This document shows positions 62,803-64,000 of a stretch of 64,000 nucleotides of DNA, piece by piece. Numbering within the stretch: position 1 is the first letter of the stretch; the number at the start of each line of letters is the position of its first letter. Position numbers and translations under genes: made by a program. The notes beneath the pieces were generated by a model that ran no database searches, was not told the origin of the DNA, and saw only the letters and a list, made by a program, of their open reading frames with translations. The DNA comes from an uncultured Planctomycetales bacterium (lineage in GTDB: Bacteria; Omnitrophota; Gorgyraeia; Gygaellales; Profunditerraquicolaceae): contig CAZAPM010000010.1 in assembly GCA_964487475.1 (NCBI GenBank), positions 3,005-67,004 on the forward strand, given 5' to 3'.

Positions 62803-64000
62803 ATGCTCAAGGAATATACCGCGATACTGCGCAGGTTCCTGATCGGCAGCGACTGGATCATCATCGTTGCGGCGTTCGCCGTATGCTACTATCTGCGGGG
62901 GTATCTGCCGGGAGAGGATCTGCCTTTTGCCCAGTACCTCTGGGTGCTGGGTTTCGTGTCGCTGGCCTGGGTCGGGTTGATGTATTATTTCGGGATGTAC
63001 CGCTCCTTCCGGACCAAGGACGTCTCGGAGGTGCTCTATGTCATATTCAAGGCGGGGTTCTTTACCCTGCTTCCTTTAAGCGGCCTGATCTATTTTTCCA
63101 GGGAAGTCCACGTCAGCCGCGCGTTCATCTCGCTGTATTTCATCACCGGGACCTTTCTGTTGAGCCTGGAAAAGCTGGTGGTGATCGCCCTCTTCAGGCA
63201 GGTGCGGCGTAAAGGATACAATTACCGCAACATCATCATCGTCGGCACCAATGCCCGCGCCCTGGAGCTGCTTTCCCTGGTGCGTACCCACGGGGAATGG
63301 GGATTCCGCGTGCTGGGGTTCGTGGATGAGGATGTTTCCAGGGTGGGATCGCAGATCGCAGGGGTGGGGGTGATCGGTTCCTTCAACGATATTCCCCGCC
63401 TGCTCCAGGAAAACGTCGTCGACGAGGTGCTTTTCGTGGTGCCGCGCTCCTGGCTGGACAGGATCGAGGGACTGATCCTTTACTGCGAGACGCAGGGGGT
63501 GCGGGCGAGCCTGGCGGTGAATTTTTTCGATCTTCGGATCGCGCGCGCGCGGCAGACCGACCTGCACGGATTTCCGCTGTTGACCTTTGAAAGCGCGCCG
63601 AGCAAGGTGTGGCAGCTTTTGATCAAGCGGGGCATCGATATCGCGGGCGCGCTGCTCGGGCTGGCGGTGTTAATCCCGTTCGGGGTGCTGACCGCGGTGC
63701 TGGTCAAGCTGACCTCTCCTGGCCCGGTGTTCTTCAGGCAGACGCGCAGCGGATTGAACGGCCGCACGTTCACCCTGCTTAAATACCGCACCATGTACCG
63801 GGATGCGGAAGCGCGGCTTAAAGAGCTTAAGGATAAGAACGAGATGCAGGGGCCGGTCTTCAAGATGGAGAACGACCCGCGGGTCACCCCGCTGGGCCGG
63901 CTGCTGCGGAAATTCAGCATCGATGAGTTTCCCCAGCTTTGGAACGTGCTGGTGGGGGATATGAGCTTAGTCGGCCCGCGGCCGCCCATCCCCAGCGAGG
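62803..64000 (+). CDS. polyprenyl glycosylphosphotransferase (WbaP/EpsB-like initiating sugar transferase), 3' end outside window
   Basis: N-terminal TM helices, NAD-binding-like middle, C-terminal bacterial sugar-transferase domain (PGPVFFRQTRSGLNGRTF, DEFPQLWNVLVGDMSLVGPRP). The frame stays open to the window end. Missing from the ORF table because there is no stop. Confidence 0.85.
   Translation, partial: MLKEYTAILRRFLIGSDWIIIVAAFAVCYYLRGYLPGEDLPFAQYLWVLGFVSLAWVGLMYYFGMYRSFRTKDVSEVLYVIFKAGFFTLLPLSGLIYFSREVHVSRAFISLYFITGTFLLSLEKLVVIALFRQVRRKGYNYRNIIIVGTNARALELLSLVRTHGEWGFRVLGFVDEDVSRVGSQIAGVGVIGSFNDIPRLLQENVVDEVLFVVPRSWLDRIEGLILYCETQGVRASLAVNFFDLRIARARQTDLHGFPLLTFESAPSKVWQLLIKRGIDIAGALLGLAVLIPFGVLTAVLVKLTSPGPVFFRQTRSGLNGRTFTLLKYRTMYRDAEARLKELKDKNEMQGPVFKMENDPRVTPLGRLLRKFSIDEFPQLWNVLVGDMSLVGPRPPIPSE

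Noticed and set aside
62883-63212. 109-aa + strand ORF inside the sugar-transferase region
   Set aside because: Out of frame with the long open frame 62803 to end of window, which encodes a canonical WbaP-type C-terminal sugar-transferase domain. Gly/Arg/Pro-rich.

Overview
This is a high-GC (about 60%) bacterial chromosomal segment, gene-dense and almost entirely on the + strand. Only one well-supported gene sits on the minus strand, a roughly 900-aa glycoside-phosphorylase-like gene at 13742-16414. The content suggests an anaerobe with PPi-linked metabolism: a membrane H+/Na+-pyrophosphatase, pyruvate phosphate dikinase, NfnAB-like ferredoxin:NADP oxidoreductase and a GH57 glucan enzyme.

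Housekeeping genes recognised: the F1-ATPase gamma C-terminus and beta subunit, pyk, hisS, aspS, glyQS, ppdK, phoH, a 7TM-HD protein, ybeY, recO, panE, polX, apbE, panB, apt, nth, a MutY-like glycosylase, HU, a group-2-like sigma factor, and a tRNA-Arg(CCU).

The most unusual content is as follows.
1. A type II secretion / type IV pilus-like cluster (GspE-F-G-H/I-J-K, a PilM-PilN fusion, PilO-like) begins one nucleotide after the atpD stop, with no atpC in between. Its traffic ATPase carries a C-terminal PilZ domain. A standalone MshEN (GspE-N) domain protein precedes it, and a secreted HExxH metallopeptidase lies inside it.
2. A candidate c-di-GMP-I (GEMM) riboswitch with its own promoter and an intrinsic-terminator expression platform sits upstream of a five-gene operon. 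That operon ends in a TM-MshEN-PilZ protein. The window therefore holds three MshEN and two PilZ domains plus a c-di-GMP riboswitch.
3. An ECF sigma / ZAS anti-sigma / membrane CHAT(caspase-like)-TPR protein cassette.
4. A ParA/MinD ATPase fused to a C-terminal CBM48/AMPK-beta-like glycogen-binding module, next to the GH57 gene.
5. A dispersed palindromic intergenic repeat family with at least two clearly homologous copies. There is also a large palindromic repeat array in a divergent promoter that seems to drive a leaderless mRNA.
6. Domain-reduced housekeeping enzymes: a pyruvate kinase without the C-terminal domain, a bacterial-type AspRS without the GAD insertion, and a MutY-like glycosylase without Fe-S cysteines.

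Most long minus-strand ORFs in the six-frame track are antisense artefacts of high GC.
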